Shown: piece by piece, positions 8,728 to 19,241 of the stretch
Layout: each line of letters opens with the position of its first letter
How positions within the stretch are numbered: the first letter of the stretch is position 1
Assembly (NCBI GenBank): GCA_964462495.1
Contig: CAYWWZ010000001.1
Coordinates: 69 to 64,068 of the forward strand
Source of the DNA: an uncultured Candidatus Planktophila sp.
GTDB lineage: Bacteria; Actinomycetota; Actinomycetes; Nanopelagicales; Nanopelagicaceae
Length of the DNA stretch: 64,000 nucleotides
Reading direction: 5' to 3'
The notes under the pieces: generated by a model
Database searches by the model: none
What the model was told of the DNA's origin: nothing
What the model saw: only the letters and a program-made list of their open reading frames with translations
Program-made: the position numbers and the translations under genes

Positions 8728-9930
8728 GTGAGCGTTCAAAATCAGCGATATACGGGCCTTATCCTCGTCTCTGGAGTAGATAACCCGGGTATCACGCAGG
8801 CGCTCTTCCAGACTCTGGCGCCCTTCGCAATTACCGTAATAGATATAGAGCAAGTGGTGATCCGAGAACGTCTCATCCTTACCGTACTCATTGAACTTAA
8901 CCCCAGCCATGCATCTGCAATAGATCAGGATCTCAATGACTGCGCGAGTCGTCTAAACGTCGATATTGCCACTTCCTTTCAAGAACAGGAATTATCCTCA
9001 ATTGCAGCTAAATCTGGGCTTGTCCATGTTGTTGCTCTTGGTTCTCCGCTTTCTCCGGGTGCAATCGCTCAAGTTGCCAGTTCGATAGCGAATCTGTCCG
9101 GGAATATAGAACGAATACATCGCACAGCTAGCTACCCAGTAACAGCGATTGAATTCACTGTCTCGGGTGCTGACGGTCTTTCCTTAAGACACGCCCTTGC
9201 AGTCGTCTCGGCAGAGCAGGGAGTTGATATTGCTGTTTCACCAGGTGGGCTAATGCGCTGGGCGAAAAAATTGGTTGTTATGGATGTTGATTCAACATTG
9301 ATTCAACAGGAAGTTATAGAACTATTGGCTGCTCGTGCAGGCTGCTTGACAGAAGTAGCGGCAATTACTCACTCAGCAATGAGTGGTGACATTGATTTTG
9401 AACAGAGCCTGAAACTAAGAGTTGAACTCCTTAAAGGTTTACCTGAATCGGTGTTAGACGAAGTCCGAAAGGAGATTACCCTCACTCCTGGGGCGCGGAC
9501 CTTGGTGCAAACTTTGAAGAAGTTGGGCCATAGCGTAGGAGTCGTTTCCGGCGGATTTACCGCAGTAATTGAACCGCTTATTCAAGAATTAGGGATACAG
9601 CATTACCGGGCTAATACCCTGGAAATAGTTGATGGGGTTCTAACTGGCAAAGTGCTAGGAACTATTATTGATCGAGCAGCCAAAGCGACAGCGCTTCGCG
9701 AGTTTGCGGCTCTCGAGGCTGTTGAACTCGAACAAACTATTGCTATTGGTGACGGCGCAAATGATCTTGACATGATTGCTATTGCAGGGCTTGGGATAGC
9801 CTTCAATGCAAAGCCAGCGGTCAAGGCTGCGGCTGATAGTTCCGTGAGCGCTCCTTACCTTGATTCAGTTCTCTATCTTCTAGGTATTACCCGTGAAGAT
9901 ATTGAGGCCGCTGGCGCTATTCGCAAGTAA
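8728..9930 (+). CDS. serB: Phosphoserine phosphatase with two ACT domains
   Basis: HAD motifs DVDSTL, VVSGGF, GDGAND; N-terminal ACT repeats. Confidence 0.94.
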   Translation: MSVQNQRYTGLILVSGVDNPGITQALFQTLAPFAITVIDIEQVVIRERLILTVLIELNPSHASAIDQDLNDCASRLNVDIATSFQEQELSSIAAKSGLVHVVALGSPLSPGAIAQVASSIANLSGNIERIHRTASYPVTAIEFTVSGADGLSLRHALAVVSAEQGVDIAVSPGGLMRWAKKLVVMDVDSTLIQQEVIELLAARAGCLTEVAAITHSAMSGDIDFEQSLKLRVELLKGLPESVLDEVRKEITLTPGARTLVQTLKKLGHSVGVVSGGFTAVIEPLIQELGIQHYRANTLEIVDGVLTGKVLGTIIDRAAKATALREFAALEAVELEQTIAIGDGANDLDMIAIAGLGIAFNAKPAVKAAADSSVSAPYLDSVLYLLGITREDIEAAGAIRK

Positions 9931-9953
9931 ACTCCAAAAACTTGCAAGGCTAT

Positions 9954-10799
9954 TTATAAGCGACAGGCATGGATATCGGTGACGAGAATTCCTCGCGCTC
10001 CCAGAGACCATAGTTGATCCATCAAATGATTGGTCTCAGTTCGCAGCACCATCGCCCGAACTGCAACCCAGTCTTTCTTCTGTAGCGGCGAAATAGTAGG
10101 TGACTCTAAACCCGGAGTGATCGCACACGCATCTTCCACCTGATTCAATGGAACGTCATAGTCAAGAAGTACATATTGGCGGGCCGTCACCACTCCTTGC
10201 AGCCTTCTAGTCAGAACTTCTAGATCTTCATTAAGTGTTACGCCAGCTCTTTTTACGAGAATCGCCTCTGAATGAAGAATAGGATCTCCGAAAATTTCCA
10301 ATCCAGCTTGCTTGAGAGTATTTCCGGTACTCACCACATCAGCGATTAAATCAGCGACACCAAGGCGGACGCTACTTTCAACTGCGCCATCTAGGCGGAC
10401 AACCGTTGCTGATAACGAATTCCTTCTTAAATAATCTGAAACAAGACCTGGATACGCTGTCGCAATTCGTCTACCCTCGATACTAGCGAGTGAAAAATTT
10501 TTACCAAGCGGGGCCGCGAACCGAAAAGTTGATTTTCCAAAATCCAACGAAAGAACTTCTTGTGCGGTCGCCCCCGAATCAATCAATAAGTCTCTCCCAG
10601 TAATACCTGCTTCTAGCTCTCCTGTGCCAACGTAAATGGCAATATCCCTGGGTCGCAGATAGTAAAACTCAACTCCATTATCTGGGTCTATCAAAATGAG
10701 GTCACGGGAATCGGTGCGCTGTCGATACCCCGCCTCTTTAAGGATTGAGATGGATGACTCTGCCAATGAACCCTTGTTCGGTACTGCGATTCTTAACAT
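9954..10799 (-). CDS. hisG: ATP phosphoribosyltransferase (long form)
   Basis: MLRIAVPNKGSL, RPRDI, DVVSTG.TL, C-terminal PGLESPTISPL. Confidence 0.96.
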   Translation of the reverse strand: MLRIAVPNKGSLAESSISILKEAGYRQRTDSRDLILIDPDNGVEFYYLRPRDIAIYVGTGELEAGITGRDLLIDSGATAQEVLSLDFGKSTFRFAAPLGKNFSLASIEGRRIATAYPGLVSDYLRRNSLSATVVRLDGAVESSVRLGVADLIADVVSTGNTLKQAGLEIFGDPILHSEAILVKRAGVTLNEDLEVLTRRLQGVVTARQYVLLDYDVPLNQVEDACAITPGLESPTISPLQKKDWVAVRAMVLRTETNHLMDQLWSLGARGILVTDIHACRL

Positions 10800-10826
10800 G
10801 ACGTAAAGCTCCTAACGAGAAAACGG

Positions 10827-11090
10827 CTATAAATAACGATAGATATCTTGAGGCGATAAACCACGGGCTAACATGAGAGTTTGAATATGGAAGAGAAGTT
10901 GGCTGATTTCTTCAGAGAGGGCCTCATCAGATTCATGTTCGGCGGCAAGCCACACTTCACCAGCTTCTTCTAGAATTTTCTTGCCGATGTGATGAACTCC
11001 CGCGTCCAGCGCAGCAACGGTCGCAGAACCGTCGGGCCGAGTCAACGCCTTTTGAGTTAGCTCTTGCCACAACTCATCGAAATTCTTCAT
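10827..11090 (-). CDS. hisE: Phosphoribosyl-ATP pyrophosphatase
   Basis: [23 protein letters not shown]; adjacent to hisG. Confidence 0.95.
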   Translation of the reverse strand: MKNFDELWQELTQKALTRPDGSATVAALDAGVHHIGKKILEEAGEVWLAAEHESDEALSEEISQLLFHIQTLMLARGLSPQDIYRYL

Positions 11091-11096
11091 GGGAAG

Positions 11097-11102
11097 AGTT
11101 TA
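11097..11102 (-). promoter_or_regulatory. -10 hexamer of leaderless hisE overlapping rpe stop codon
   Basis: TAAACT (TAA = rpe stop) + CTTCCC + ATG. Confidence 0.55.
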
Positions 11103-11759
11103 CTGGCCCAGCGCCTTGGCGCGGAGCATATTAATCATCCTCGCAGGATCCTCAGCGGAAAAGACTGCACTACCTGCTACGAAAGTATCAGCTCCAGCAT
11201 CCCTCGCAATTTCAATAGTTTCAAGAGAAATGCCGCCATCAACTTGCAACCAAATCGGGCGAGACCCAATTTTCTTCCGAACATCTTGCACTTTATCCAT
11301 CATTTCTGACATAAATTTTTGTCCGCCAAAACCTGGTTCTACTGTCATCACTAGAACCATATCAATCGAATCGAAATAATCTTCATAATCAGCTATGGCT
11401 GTTCCAGGTTTGAACGCAATTGCAGCTCGCGCTCCATGGGTTCGGATTTCCCGCAAGGTCTTTCGAATATCGGCGCAAGCTTCCACATGAATCGTGACAC
11501 TTGTTGAGCCAGCCTCTGCATATTGAATAGCAATTTGATCGACGTCAGCAACCATTAAATGTGAATCTACAGGGAGGGTAGATTCAGCAATAATTTGTGC
11601 CGCAGCCTGAAAATCCCATGTGGTGTTGGGTACAAAGATGTTATCCATAATATCTAAATGCAATAGATCACTGACTTGAGCAATCTTCGCTATCTCGCCT
11701 CGTAGGTTACTTCGATCTGCATTAAGAATACTTGGCGTAATACGGATTTCGGGTGCCAC
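11100..11759 (-). CDS. rpe: Ribulose-phosphate 3-epimerase
   Basis: PSIL, HLDIMD..FVPN, HLM, MTVEPGFGGQ, QVDGG, VAGSA. Confidence 0.96.
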   Translation of the reverse strand: MAPEIRITPSILNADRSNLRGEIAKIAQVSDLLHLDIMDNIFVPNTTWDFQAAAQIIAESTLPVDSHLMVADVDQIAIQYAEAGSTSVTIHVEACADIRKTLREIRTHGARAAIAFKPGTAIADYEDYFDSIDMVLVMTVEPGFGGQKFMSEMMDKVQDVRKKIGSRPIWLQVDGGISLETIEIARDAGADTFVAGSAVFSAEDPARMINMLRAKALGQ

Positions 11760-11765
11760 AATTAA

Positions 11766-11771
11766 ATCCTA
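11766..11771 (-). promoter_or_regulatory. -10 hexamer of leaderless rpe overlapping rsmB stop codon
   Basis: TAGGAT (TAG = rsmB stop) + TTAATT + GTG. Confidence 0.55.
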
Positions 11772-13136
11772 TTGCACTTTCTTTTTTAGGAGCGCTAAGT
11801 ACATAGAGTCAGTGTCGTGAATGCTCGTCCACAGTGAGAGCGCCTTTTCTCTAACCGCTCCATGAAGATTATTTGGTAGATAAGTACTAATGTCCATGAG
11901 TTCTAGATCTGGAAAACGCCTAAGAAGGCCATCCACCTGGGCTGTTGTTTCGGCGTAATGAGGACTGCATGTTGCGTAGCCGAAGACTCCTCCAGGATTT
12001 AGTACAGAGACAGCCTCTTCTGCGAGTTCATATTGCAACTGTGTCAATGTGCGTAAATCCTGGAGATTTCTCCTCCATCGAACCTCCGGACGTCTACGAA
12101 GAGCACCCAAACCAGTGCACGGTACATCGGCGAGGATTGCATCAAAAGTTTCACCACGTTTTGAGATAGTCCGTCCATCACCTGTCCACACCGTTGCACC
12201 TCGCACAACATTTCTCACCAGGTCAGATCGTGCTCCCGAAACTTCATTGGCAACAAAGGTGCGACCGCTTTCTTTCGCAATGCTGGCAAGAAGGGCAGCC
12301 TTTCCTCCGGGGCCTGCGCATAAATCTAAAGTTTTCTCTGCTTTAGAAGTGGCAACCGAGAAAAGGTGTGCCACCAACTGAGAACCTTCATCTTGCACTC
12401 CAGCTTTTCGCTGGCGAATCATTTCAATATTGACGGGTGGAATATCAATTTTTGCTCCATAGGGAGAATAAGCAGTTGCTACTCCCCCAAGTGCGAGAAG
12501 ATCCCCTTGCGAAGTAAGTCCTGGCCATGCGACAAGAGTTGGAGGGGCTGGAGTGTTATTGGCACGCAACTCTGCTTCAACTCGAGTCTCATCCTTTAAT
12601 AAGTCCAGATAGGCAGAGACAACCCACTCAGGATGTGAGTACATGATAGAGAGTCTTGAAATTGAATCTTTCATATCTAGCGCCGGGGCTAACCAAAATT
12701 CAAAGTTCTGCGCACTCAACTTGCGCAGAATTGCATTCACATAGGAAGCCTTTGATTCACCGATTACCCGTCGTGCTAATTCGACCGTGGCAGATACTGC
12801 AGCATGGGTCGCAACTCGCATCTCGAACAGTTGATGTATTCCCATACGGCAAAGATCAACAATGCCAGGATCTACAGCTGATATGTCGCGATCTAATACC
12901 TGAGACAGAAAAAAATCATGTCGTCCTTGCATGCGCAAAGTTCCGTAGAGGAGTTCGGTAGCAAAACCCTTGTCGCGCTCATCAAGGCCGCTCGCTGTCA
13001 AAGCACTAGGAAGCAGTAGATTTGAGTAGCCTTCCTTGCGATTGACTTCCGACAATACGTCATATACCAATAATCGCGTTGCATCGGGGCGTGGTGCTCT
13101 AAACGAATCTCTTCTTGCTTTATTCAAAAGCTTCAC
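11769..13136 (-). CDS. rsmB: 16S rRNA m5C967 methyltransferase RsmB/Sun/Fmu
   Basis: NusB-like N-terminus, QDEGSQ, DLCAGPGGK, DVPCTG, YATCS; follows fmt; exact start uncertain. Confidence 0.92.
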   Translation of the reverse strand: MKLLNKARRDSFRAPRPDATRLLVYDVLSEVNRKEGYSNLLLPSALTASGLDERDKGFATELLYGTLRMQGRHDFFLSQVLDRDISAVDPGIVDLCRMGIHQLFEMRVATHAAVSATVELARRVIGESKASYVNAILRKLSAQNFEFWLAPALDMKDSISRLSIMYSHPEWVVSAYLDLLKDETRVEAELRANNTPAPPTLVAWPGLTSQGDLLALGGVATAYSPYGAKIDIPPVNIEMIRQRKAGVQDEGSQLVAHLFSVATSKAEKTLDLCAGPGGKAALLASIAKESGRTFVANEVSGARSDLVRNVVRGATVWTGDGRTISKRGETFDAILADVPCTGLGALRRRPEVRWRRNLQDLRTLTQLQYELAEEAVSVLNPGGVFGYATCSPHYAETTAQVDGLLRRFPDLELMDISTYLPNNLHGAVREKALSLWTSIHDTDSMYLALLKKKVQ

Positions 13137-14025
13137 CAGATTTTAACCGAATTCCATTGACCCAAGAGGAAGACGACATTTTCGCTCTGCCCGCTGGCTG
13201 CACTTGCGCAATTCGAAGCGCTTGGGTCGATGTTCCAACTAGAAGATCGTTTTCTATAGCAAGCAACTCTCCTGGCTTTAGAGAAATATCACTCAATGAA
13301 GGTGAAAAAATCTTGATATCACTTTCGCGAAAGCGAGCTCGTGCGCCTGGATTCGACGTCAGTGATCGAATCTTTCGAGATATTATCTCTGCAGGTAAAT
13401 TCCAATCGATATTACTTTCTTCCTTGGAAATTTTATGCGCTCTAGTAACGCCATGTTGTGGTTGTGGTGTCGGCCGGATGCCACGGTCTATGAGGTCGAG
13501 AGATTCCGTGATGGCATCAACGCCCAATTCGGAAAGTTCTTCTAAAAGTTCATCGCTTGTGATATCGCTATCGAGAGCAAATCGCTTCTGGACAAAAATT
13601 GGTCCTGTATCCATCCCTTTATCAAGGGCAAAGACGGTAACTCCTGAGACTAAATCCCCCGCCTCGATTGTCCGCTGCACAGGCGCTGCTCCGCGCCAAC
13701 GCGGTAAGAGAGAAAAATGGAGATTGATACTTCCGTGCTTAGGTTTCAAAAAGACTTGCTCAGGAAGAATTACCCCGTATCCGATGGTGATGAGAAGATC
13801 GATGTTATCGAGCGCGTCTAAGGTTTCTGAGACGCTAATTGGCTTAATGCAGGGAATTTGGCTTTCTCTGGACCAGATTGAAACAGAGGTCTCCCTGAAA
13901 CTTTGACCACGCCCTGCGGGCTTATCTGGTTGAGTTATAGTCGATACGAGCACATGATTACTTGTTTTGAGATAGTTGAGCGTCGGGAGTGCAACGCGCG
14001 GTGTTGCTGCAACGCAAATTTGCAT
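13120..14025 (-). CDS. fmt: Methionyl-tRNA formyltransferase
   Basis: TQPDKPAGRG, INLHFSLLPRWRGAAPVQ, MDTGP. Confidence 0.95.
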   Translation of the reverse strand: MQICVAATPRVALPTLNYLKTSNHVLVSTITQPDKPAGRGQSFRETSVSIWSRESQIPCIKPISVSETLDALDNIDLLITIGYGVILPEQVFLKPKHGSINLHFSLLPRWRGAAPVQRTIEAGDLVSGVTVFALDKGMDTGPIFVQKRFALDSDITSDELLEELSELGVDAITESLDLIDRGIRPTPQPQHGVTRAHKISKEESNIDWNLPAEIISRKIRSLTSNPGARARFRESDIKIFSPSLSDISLKPGELLAIENDLLVGTSTQALRIAQVQPAGRAKMSSSSWVNGIRLKSGEAFE

Positions 14026-14586
14026 CTAGAGGCCTTGTCCAAAAGGACCATGAGGTGAAACCTTGATTGTTGGAGTTGCGCCTGCACTGGCTGCTAAACC
14101 AAACCAATCTGATTCCCGAATCTCCTTCATAGCTTTCTTTCTATCCTCATTACTGAGACGATCAATGAAGAGAATTCCATTGAGATGGTCAGTCTCGTGC
14201 TGCAGAGCTCTGGCCAAAAGCTCAGTCCCCTCTACGACAATGGGTTCACCATGCATGTTAAATCCCTTAGCAACTGCGCGAAAAGCTCTAGGAGTTGGAT
14301 ACACGAGATCGGGAAAACTCAGACAGCCTTCATCTCCCTCTTGAATCTCATCACTCAGGTCTAGCGTCGGATTTACGAGATGGCCAAGTGCTTCATCGAC
14401 ATCCCAGACAAAAACTCTCAGTGGCACTCCGATTTGAGGTGCTGCGAGCCCAGCCCCGGGAGCCGCCAACATAGTCTCAGTGAGATCTTTCACCAGTACT
14501 CGTAACTCTTTATCAAAGTCAATTACTTCAGAGGCCGGTGTTACTAATACAGGATCTCCAAAGTGGCGGATTTGTTGAATTGACAT
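14026..14586 (-). CDS. def: Peptide deformylase
   Basis: GLAAPQIG, EGCLS, QHETDHL. Confidence 0.96.
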   Translation of the reverse strand: MSIQQIRHFGDPVLVTPASEVIDFDKELRVLVKDLTETMLAAPGAGLAAPQIGVPLRVFVWDVDEALGHLVNPTLDLSDEIQEGDEGCLSFPDLVYPTPRAFRAVAKGFNMHGEPIVVEGTELLARALQHETDHLNGILFIDRLSNEDRKKAMKEIRESDWFGLAASAGATPTIKVSPHGPFGQGL

Positions 14587-14592
14587 GTGCGC

Positions 14593-14598
14593 AGTCTA
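14593..14598 (-). promoter_or_regulatory. -10 hexamer of leaderless def
   Basis: TAGACT + GCGCAC + ATG. Confidence 0.55.
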
Positions 14599-14636
14599 TC
14601 GAAAAGTTGAAAAGTTAATGGGTTCCAAGAGCGAGA

Positions 14637-16523
14637 TTAAGACGTCAATGAATATGGGTCTACTCGAACCTGCGCTAATTTCTTCTTGGAAGAAGAGCGC
14701 CTTCGTTGGAATTCATGGATGAGAGAGATAAACGATTCTCCGTCACTAATCGGCGATATAAGGAGAAAGCGGCTAGTTCCGAGGGACAACTGTGATGGTC
14801 CAAGAATTCGGGTGTTTTTAGGCAGTCGCTCTGATTCTTGAGCGCTCTTGAGCGCTCGGAGTAACGATGTTGCTTCAGAAGTATCGATATCGAGAGTCAG
14901 TACGCGCGAAAACGGAGGGAAACCTATCTCTTTCCTCTCTCGCAACTCTTTACGCGTTATAAGAGAAGGTTTTCCTGAAGCTACAGCCGATAGAACAGCG
15001 TGGTTTCGCGAGATAACGAGAAGAAGTTCGCCGTCTGTAGCCAGCAATCCACCAGTAGAAAAGATTATTTCGCGCGCCCGTTCTGCAGAACGCATATCTA
15101 TCTCAGTGAACAATCGATCACATTCGAGAATGACGATCGCCGAGTAGCCATTGACTGCCGTCGGAAGAGCCCCCGGAGTAGCAATGACAATCCCTTTGGA
15201 ATCCAAGTAAGAATCGAGAATCTTGTCGCCACTTGACTGAACGATTGCGTGCCCTGGAAATGCTTTCCCAATTTCGTGTGCGAAACGCTCGGACCCCCTG
15301 CCGAGAAGAAGACTTCTCTGAGACTGACACCAAGAACAACGCCATAGCGGATACTTTGTTTGGCATAAGACGCATTCAAAATCTAGGGACGGAGATCGTT
15401 GTTGCAATTTTCCTCCACAGGAACAGAGTGCAACATTTTTGCATTCTAAACATCGGACAGCCTGCGAATATCCTTTACGAGGCGAAACAAATAGAACCGG
15501 ACCACTTTTTAAGGCAGTACGTATAGATGAAAAAATCCCTTGTGGGAGCAACTCCCCTGATCGAGGTGAAAAGTCACGTACCCGAACTGAAGTATTTGAA
15601 GAATTGAACTTCAACCAACCAATTTCAATTAGGCGAGCAGTTTCGCTACTGGGCGAGTAACCAAAGAATGTCAACGAAGCAGACGATTGCGAACTACGAA
15701 GAATAGCAACGTCCCTTGCATTCCACCCAGGCGTCCTGATCTCATACAAGTGCTCTGATGATTCATGCACTATGACGATCTCGCTCAGATCTCTTAATGG
15801 AGCAAACACGCCTCCCCGGGTACCGATAACAAGCTGATTCTTCCCTTGAAGAGTTTTTAGATAACTCCTATAACGTTCGGACTTTGCCAAATGAGAATCA
15901 AGAATTACAGCATTTGGTAAAAATGGCGCAAAGCGTAGAAGTAATCGACTCTCTGGAACGATAACGAGAATGGAACCCTGAGTTAAATCCCTCTTCTTCA
16001 GGTATTCTGCAATGAGTTGTATCGGTTCATTTCGAGCTGGTAATTGGAAGTAGTTGCGCGCAACCTTTTTGGTTGGCCGGTCATGATGCGCATTCTCTGA
16101 AATATCGCTTTGAAACTCTTTATCCACGCTCGCCACACGCGGTGGAATTGCAGACCTTATAACGTCATAAGGATGGGCAGCCCAACGCTTTGCAACAGTA
16201 GCGATAAGTTGCAGCGATTGCCCTGTCGCTACCGGAATCGGTGAGAGAACCTTGCTGATTTGCTTCAAACTCCCAACCTGAGATGTTTGCAAACGGCTGA
16301 GAACTATTGCTTCGCACTCTCTATTTCCAAATGGGACAACAACCCGTATTCCTGTATCTACTTGTTTATCAAGATTTTCAGGAATGGCATATGTGAATTC
16401 GGAATCTAGATGAAAGACGCCAGAATCAACCCAGACTTTGACTGCGTTAGTTTCACCGTTGGAATTCTTTTGGCGCGCGCGAACGACCTCCGCCTTTAGC
16501 TTGAGTGGCCGCGTCAGCGCCAC
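14637..16523 (-). CDS. priA: Primosomal protein N' (actinobacterial, helicase motifs degenerate)
   Basis: 3'-binding domain (FTYAIP..G.RVVVPFG), IGTR..FAP, Cys-rich Zn region, PPF, RVDP C-terminus; between metK and def. Confidence 0.88.
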   Translation of the reverse strand: MALTRPLKLKAEVVRARQKNSNGETNAVKVWVDSGVFHLDSEFTYAIPENLDKQVDTGIRVVVPFGNRECEAIVLSRLQTSQVGSLKQISKVLSPIPVATGQSLQLIATVAKRWAAHPYDVIRSAIPPRVASVDKEFQSDISENAHHDRPTKKVARNYFQLPARNEPIQLIAEYLKKRDLTQGSILVIVPESRLLLRFAPFLPNAVILDSHLAKSERYRSYLKTLQGKNQLVIGTRGGVFAPLRDLSEIVIVHESSEHLYEIRTPGWNARDVAILRSSQSSASLTFFGYSPSSETARLIEIGWLKFNSSNTSVRVRDFSPRSGELLPQGIFSSIRTALKSGPVLFVSPRKGYSQAVRCLECKNVALCSCGGKLQQRSPSLDFECVLCQTKYPLWRCSWCQSQRSLLLGRGSERFAHEIGKAFPGHAIVQSSGDKILDSYLDSKGIVIATPGALPTAVNGYSAIVILECDRLFTEIDMRSAERAREIIFSTGGLLATDGELLLVISRNHAVLSAVASGKPSLITRKELRERKEIGFPPFSRVLTLDIDTSEATSLLRALKSAQESERLPKNTRILGPSQLSLGTSRFLLISPISDGESFISLIHEFQRRRSSSKKKLAQVRVDPYSLTS

Positions 16524-16539
16524 GAGTTATTTCTAGCCT

Positions 16540-17730
16540 CTATTTAACAGCTGCTTGTAACTCGGCAACGCGATTGGTTGCTTCCCATGTGAAATTTGGG
16601 AGCTCGCGGCCAAAGTGACCATATGCAGCCGTCTGTGAGTAAATCGGGCGTTTGAGATTGAGATCTCGGATTATCGCGGCTGGGCGTAAATCAAAAACAG
16701 AGGTTACTGCGCTCTGAATACTCTGAACAGGAACGGTTTCAGTTCCAAAGGTTTCAACAAAAACGCCTACTGGTTGGGCTTTACCAATCGCGTAAGCGAC
16801 TTGCACCTCGCAACGGCGAGCTAGACCAGCTGCAACAACGTTTTTGGCAACCCAACGCATCGCGTAAGCCGCCGAACGGTCTACCTTCGATGGATCCTTT
16901 CCTGAGAAAGCACCACCACCATGGCGAGCCATGCCACCGTAGGTATCTACAATGATTTTTCGCCCAGTCAGACCAGCATCTCCCATAGGGCCACCAATGA
17001 CAAATCGGCCAGTGGGATTAATGAGCGTTCTTAAGTCTTTTCGAGGTAGATCAATCTTGCTAAGAATTGGGTCGATGACCTGCGCGATGATTTCCGGAGT
17101 CAATTGTTTCACAACATCAACATCTTCAGAATGCTGGCTTGAGATTACAACAGTATCGAGGGCAACAGCTTTATCACCGTCATATTCAATGGTTACCTGT
17201 GTCTTTCCATCCGGACGTAGATAAGGCAGAGCACCAGATTTGCGAACCTTGGAAAGTTGCTGAGCTAATTCATGGGCCAACCAAATGGGAAGCGGCATGA
17301 GTTCTTTTGTGTCATCGCATGCATAACCAAACATTAAACCTTGATCACCAGCACCCTGGAGATCAAGTGGATCTGTAGCCGAAGCCACTCGGTGTTCGAA
17401 AGCATCGTTTACGCCCTGTGCAATATCCGGAGATTGTTGTCCGATAGATATCGACACTCCACAGCTGTTACCATCAAAGCCTTTCACCGATGAGTCGTAA
17501 CCGATTCCAATAACTGTGTCACGCACAATACCCATAACATCGGCGTAACCATTAGTTGTTACTTCACCTGCAACATGAACCTGTCCAGTGGTAATAAGCG
17601 TTTCCACAGCCACTCGACTGGTGGAGTCTTGCTCTAGAAGTGAGTCGAGAATCGCATCAGAAATCTGATCCGCAATTTTATCTGGGTGACCTTCAGTGAC
17701 TGATTCTGAAGTGAAAAGGCGTTTTGACAT
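16540..17730 (-). CDS. metK: S-adenosylmethionine synthetase
   Basis: [28 protein letters not shown]. Confidence 0.98.
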   Translation of the reverse strand: MSKRLFTSESVTEGHPDKIADQISDAILDSLLEQDSTSRVAVETLITTGQVHVAGEVTTNGYADVMGIVRDTVIGIGYDSSVKGFDGNSCGVSISIGQQSPDIAQGVNDAFEHRVASATDPLDLQGAGDQGLMFGYACDDTKELMPLPIWLAHELAQQLSKVRKSGALPYLRPDGKTQVTIEYDGDKAVALDTVVISSQHSEDVDVVKQLTPEIIAQVIDPILSKIDLPRKDLRTLINPTGRFVIGGPMGDAGLTGRKIIVDTYGGMARHGGGAFSGKDPSKVDRSAAYAMRWVAKNVVAAGLARRCEVQVAYAIGKAQPVGVFVETFGTETVPVQSIQSAVTSVFDLRPAAIIRDLNLKRPIYSQTAAYGHFGRELPNFTWEATNRVAELQAAVK

Positions 17731-17734
17731 TGTC

Positions 17735-18919
17735 CTAACCTAACTTATGTAGGGCTTCTGAGAGCAATTGATTAGCTAGCGTGTCCTTGGTGGTCTTAGC
17801 CACTTCGATGACTGCACCCTGTCGTAAGAGGATCTGCCCCTGGGTAGTCTCACTATCAAAGATGTCTCCCTTGGAAACATCATTCAGATAAAGGATGTCA
17901 GCATTCTTACGCTCTAGCTTTTCCCGTGCTGCGACAGTATCGAGGGCTGTTTCCGCAGCAAAAGCAATAATTACTTGGGATTTCTTTTGAGTTGAAATAG
18001 TTGCCAAGAGGTCGGGATTCTCAGTGAGTTCAATACTCTGGAGATTACCTTTTTTGATTTTCTCACTTTGCTCATGCAAGGGTCTCGCATCTGCGACAGC
18101 TGCAGACATGACAAGAACATCAGTCGATGAAAATTCCTTTTCCAGTGAGATCGCCATTTCTTGTGCTGTTTCTACCTTAACTATTTTGATGCCAGGAATA
18201 TCGGGTAAAGATACATTCGCGGAGATGAGTGTTACCTCTGCACCACGTTCTTTCGCTGCTCGCGCTAGGGCATATCCCTGTTTTCCGGAAGAGCGATTCC
18301 CAATAAAACGAATCGGATCAATAGGCTCTCTCGTACCTCCTGCAGTCACCAAAACCTTTATTCCCTGCATGTCCTGTGTCTGACCAATGAGCGCAGCGAA
18401 AGCTCTCAGAATAGCTTCCGTTGAAGGAAAGCGCCCTCGTCCAACATCTCCTGAGGTCAGCGCCCCTACATCAGGATCTAGAACGATGTATCCACGTGCA
18501 CGAAGAGTTTTAACATTTTCAACTGTCGCAGCGTTATCCCACATCTGTGGGTGCATGGCTGGAACAATCAAAGTTGGGACATGTGAGGCAAGCACAACGT
18601 TGGTCAAGAGATCATCGGCGCGGCCAACAGCAATTCGCGCAAGAAGATCTGCGGTGGCGGGTGCAATAATGAGAAAATCTGCCTGCTTGGCAAGAGAAAC
18701 GTGGCGCACTTCCTGAACTGATTGGAATACTTCGGTAGTTACACTTCTACCAGAAAGAGCCTCCCACGTTGCAGCGCCGACAAAGTTCAGACTCGAAGGA
18801 GTGGGAACTACCGTGACCCCAAATTCTGCCTCCAGAAGTCGACGCAAGAGATCACAAGACTTATATGCCGCTATTCCCCCACCGACTCCGAGAATGACCT
18901 CGCGTCCTAAGCCCTGCAT
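17735..18919 (-). CDS. coaBC: Phosphopantothenoylcysteine decarboxylase/ligase
   Basis: [43 protein letters not shown]. Confidence 0.96.
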   Translation of the reverse strand: MQGLGREVILGVGGGIAAYKSCDLLRRLLEAEFGVTVVPTPSSLNFVGAATWEALSGRSVTTEVFQSVQEVRHVSLAKQADFLIIAPATADLLARIAVGRADDLLTNVVLASHVPTLIVPAMHPQMWDNAATVENVKTLRARGYIVLDPDVGALTSGDVGRGRFPSTEAILRAFAALIGQTQDMQGIKVLVTAGGTREPIDPIRFIGNRSSGKQGYALARAAKERGAEVTLISANVSLPDIPGIKIVKVETAQEMAISLEKEFSSTDVLVMSAAVADARPLHEQSEKIKKGNLQSIELTENPDLLATISTQKKSQVIIAFAAETALDTVAAREKLERKNADILYLNDVSKGDIFDSETTQGQILLRQGAVIEVAKTTKDTLANQLLSEALHKLG

Positions 18920-18940
18920 GGCTACCAGTGGAATTTTTTG

Positions 18941-19201
18941 TTAAGCAGTTGGTTCTAGATTTTCGATGGTAAGCAAGCCTTCGTTAATCTCACGAAGGGC
19001 TATCGAGAGCGGCTTCTCATGAACATGTGTATCGACAAGAGGTCCGACATACTCCAACAACCCTTCGCCAAGTTGTGAGTAATAGGCGTTAATCTGACGA
19101 GCACGTTTGGCTGCGTAGAGAACCAAGCTGTATTTAGAGCCAGCCTTATCAAGAAGTTCATCGATTGGTGGGTTCGTAATTCCATCCATATGTAGGCTCA
19201 T
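18941..19201 (-). CDS. rpoZ: RNA polymerase omega subunit
   Basis: [38 protein letters not shown]. Confidence 0.96.
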   Translation of the reverse strand: MSLHMDGITNPPIDELLDKAGSKYSLVLYAAKRARQINAYYSQLGEGLLEYVGPLVDTHVHEKPLSIALREINEGLLTIENLEPTA

Positions 19202-19241
19202 CTGAAGACTCCATCAAAGGTTATTGGGCTTAAAACCCAGG

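Noticed and set aside
13115-13906. 263-aa plus-strand ORF
   Set aside because: Exactly antisense to fmt, Ser/Arg-rich, no motifs; shadow ORF.
14601-14616. Short tandem GAAAAGTT-GAAAAGTT upstream of def
   Set aside because: Only two 8-bp A-rich units; compatible with chance.
17731-17745. SAM riboswitch before metK; T-boxes before thrS, alaS, aspS, hisS; his attenuator
   Set aside because: Intergenic gaps are only a few to about 25 bp; no room and no motifs.
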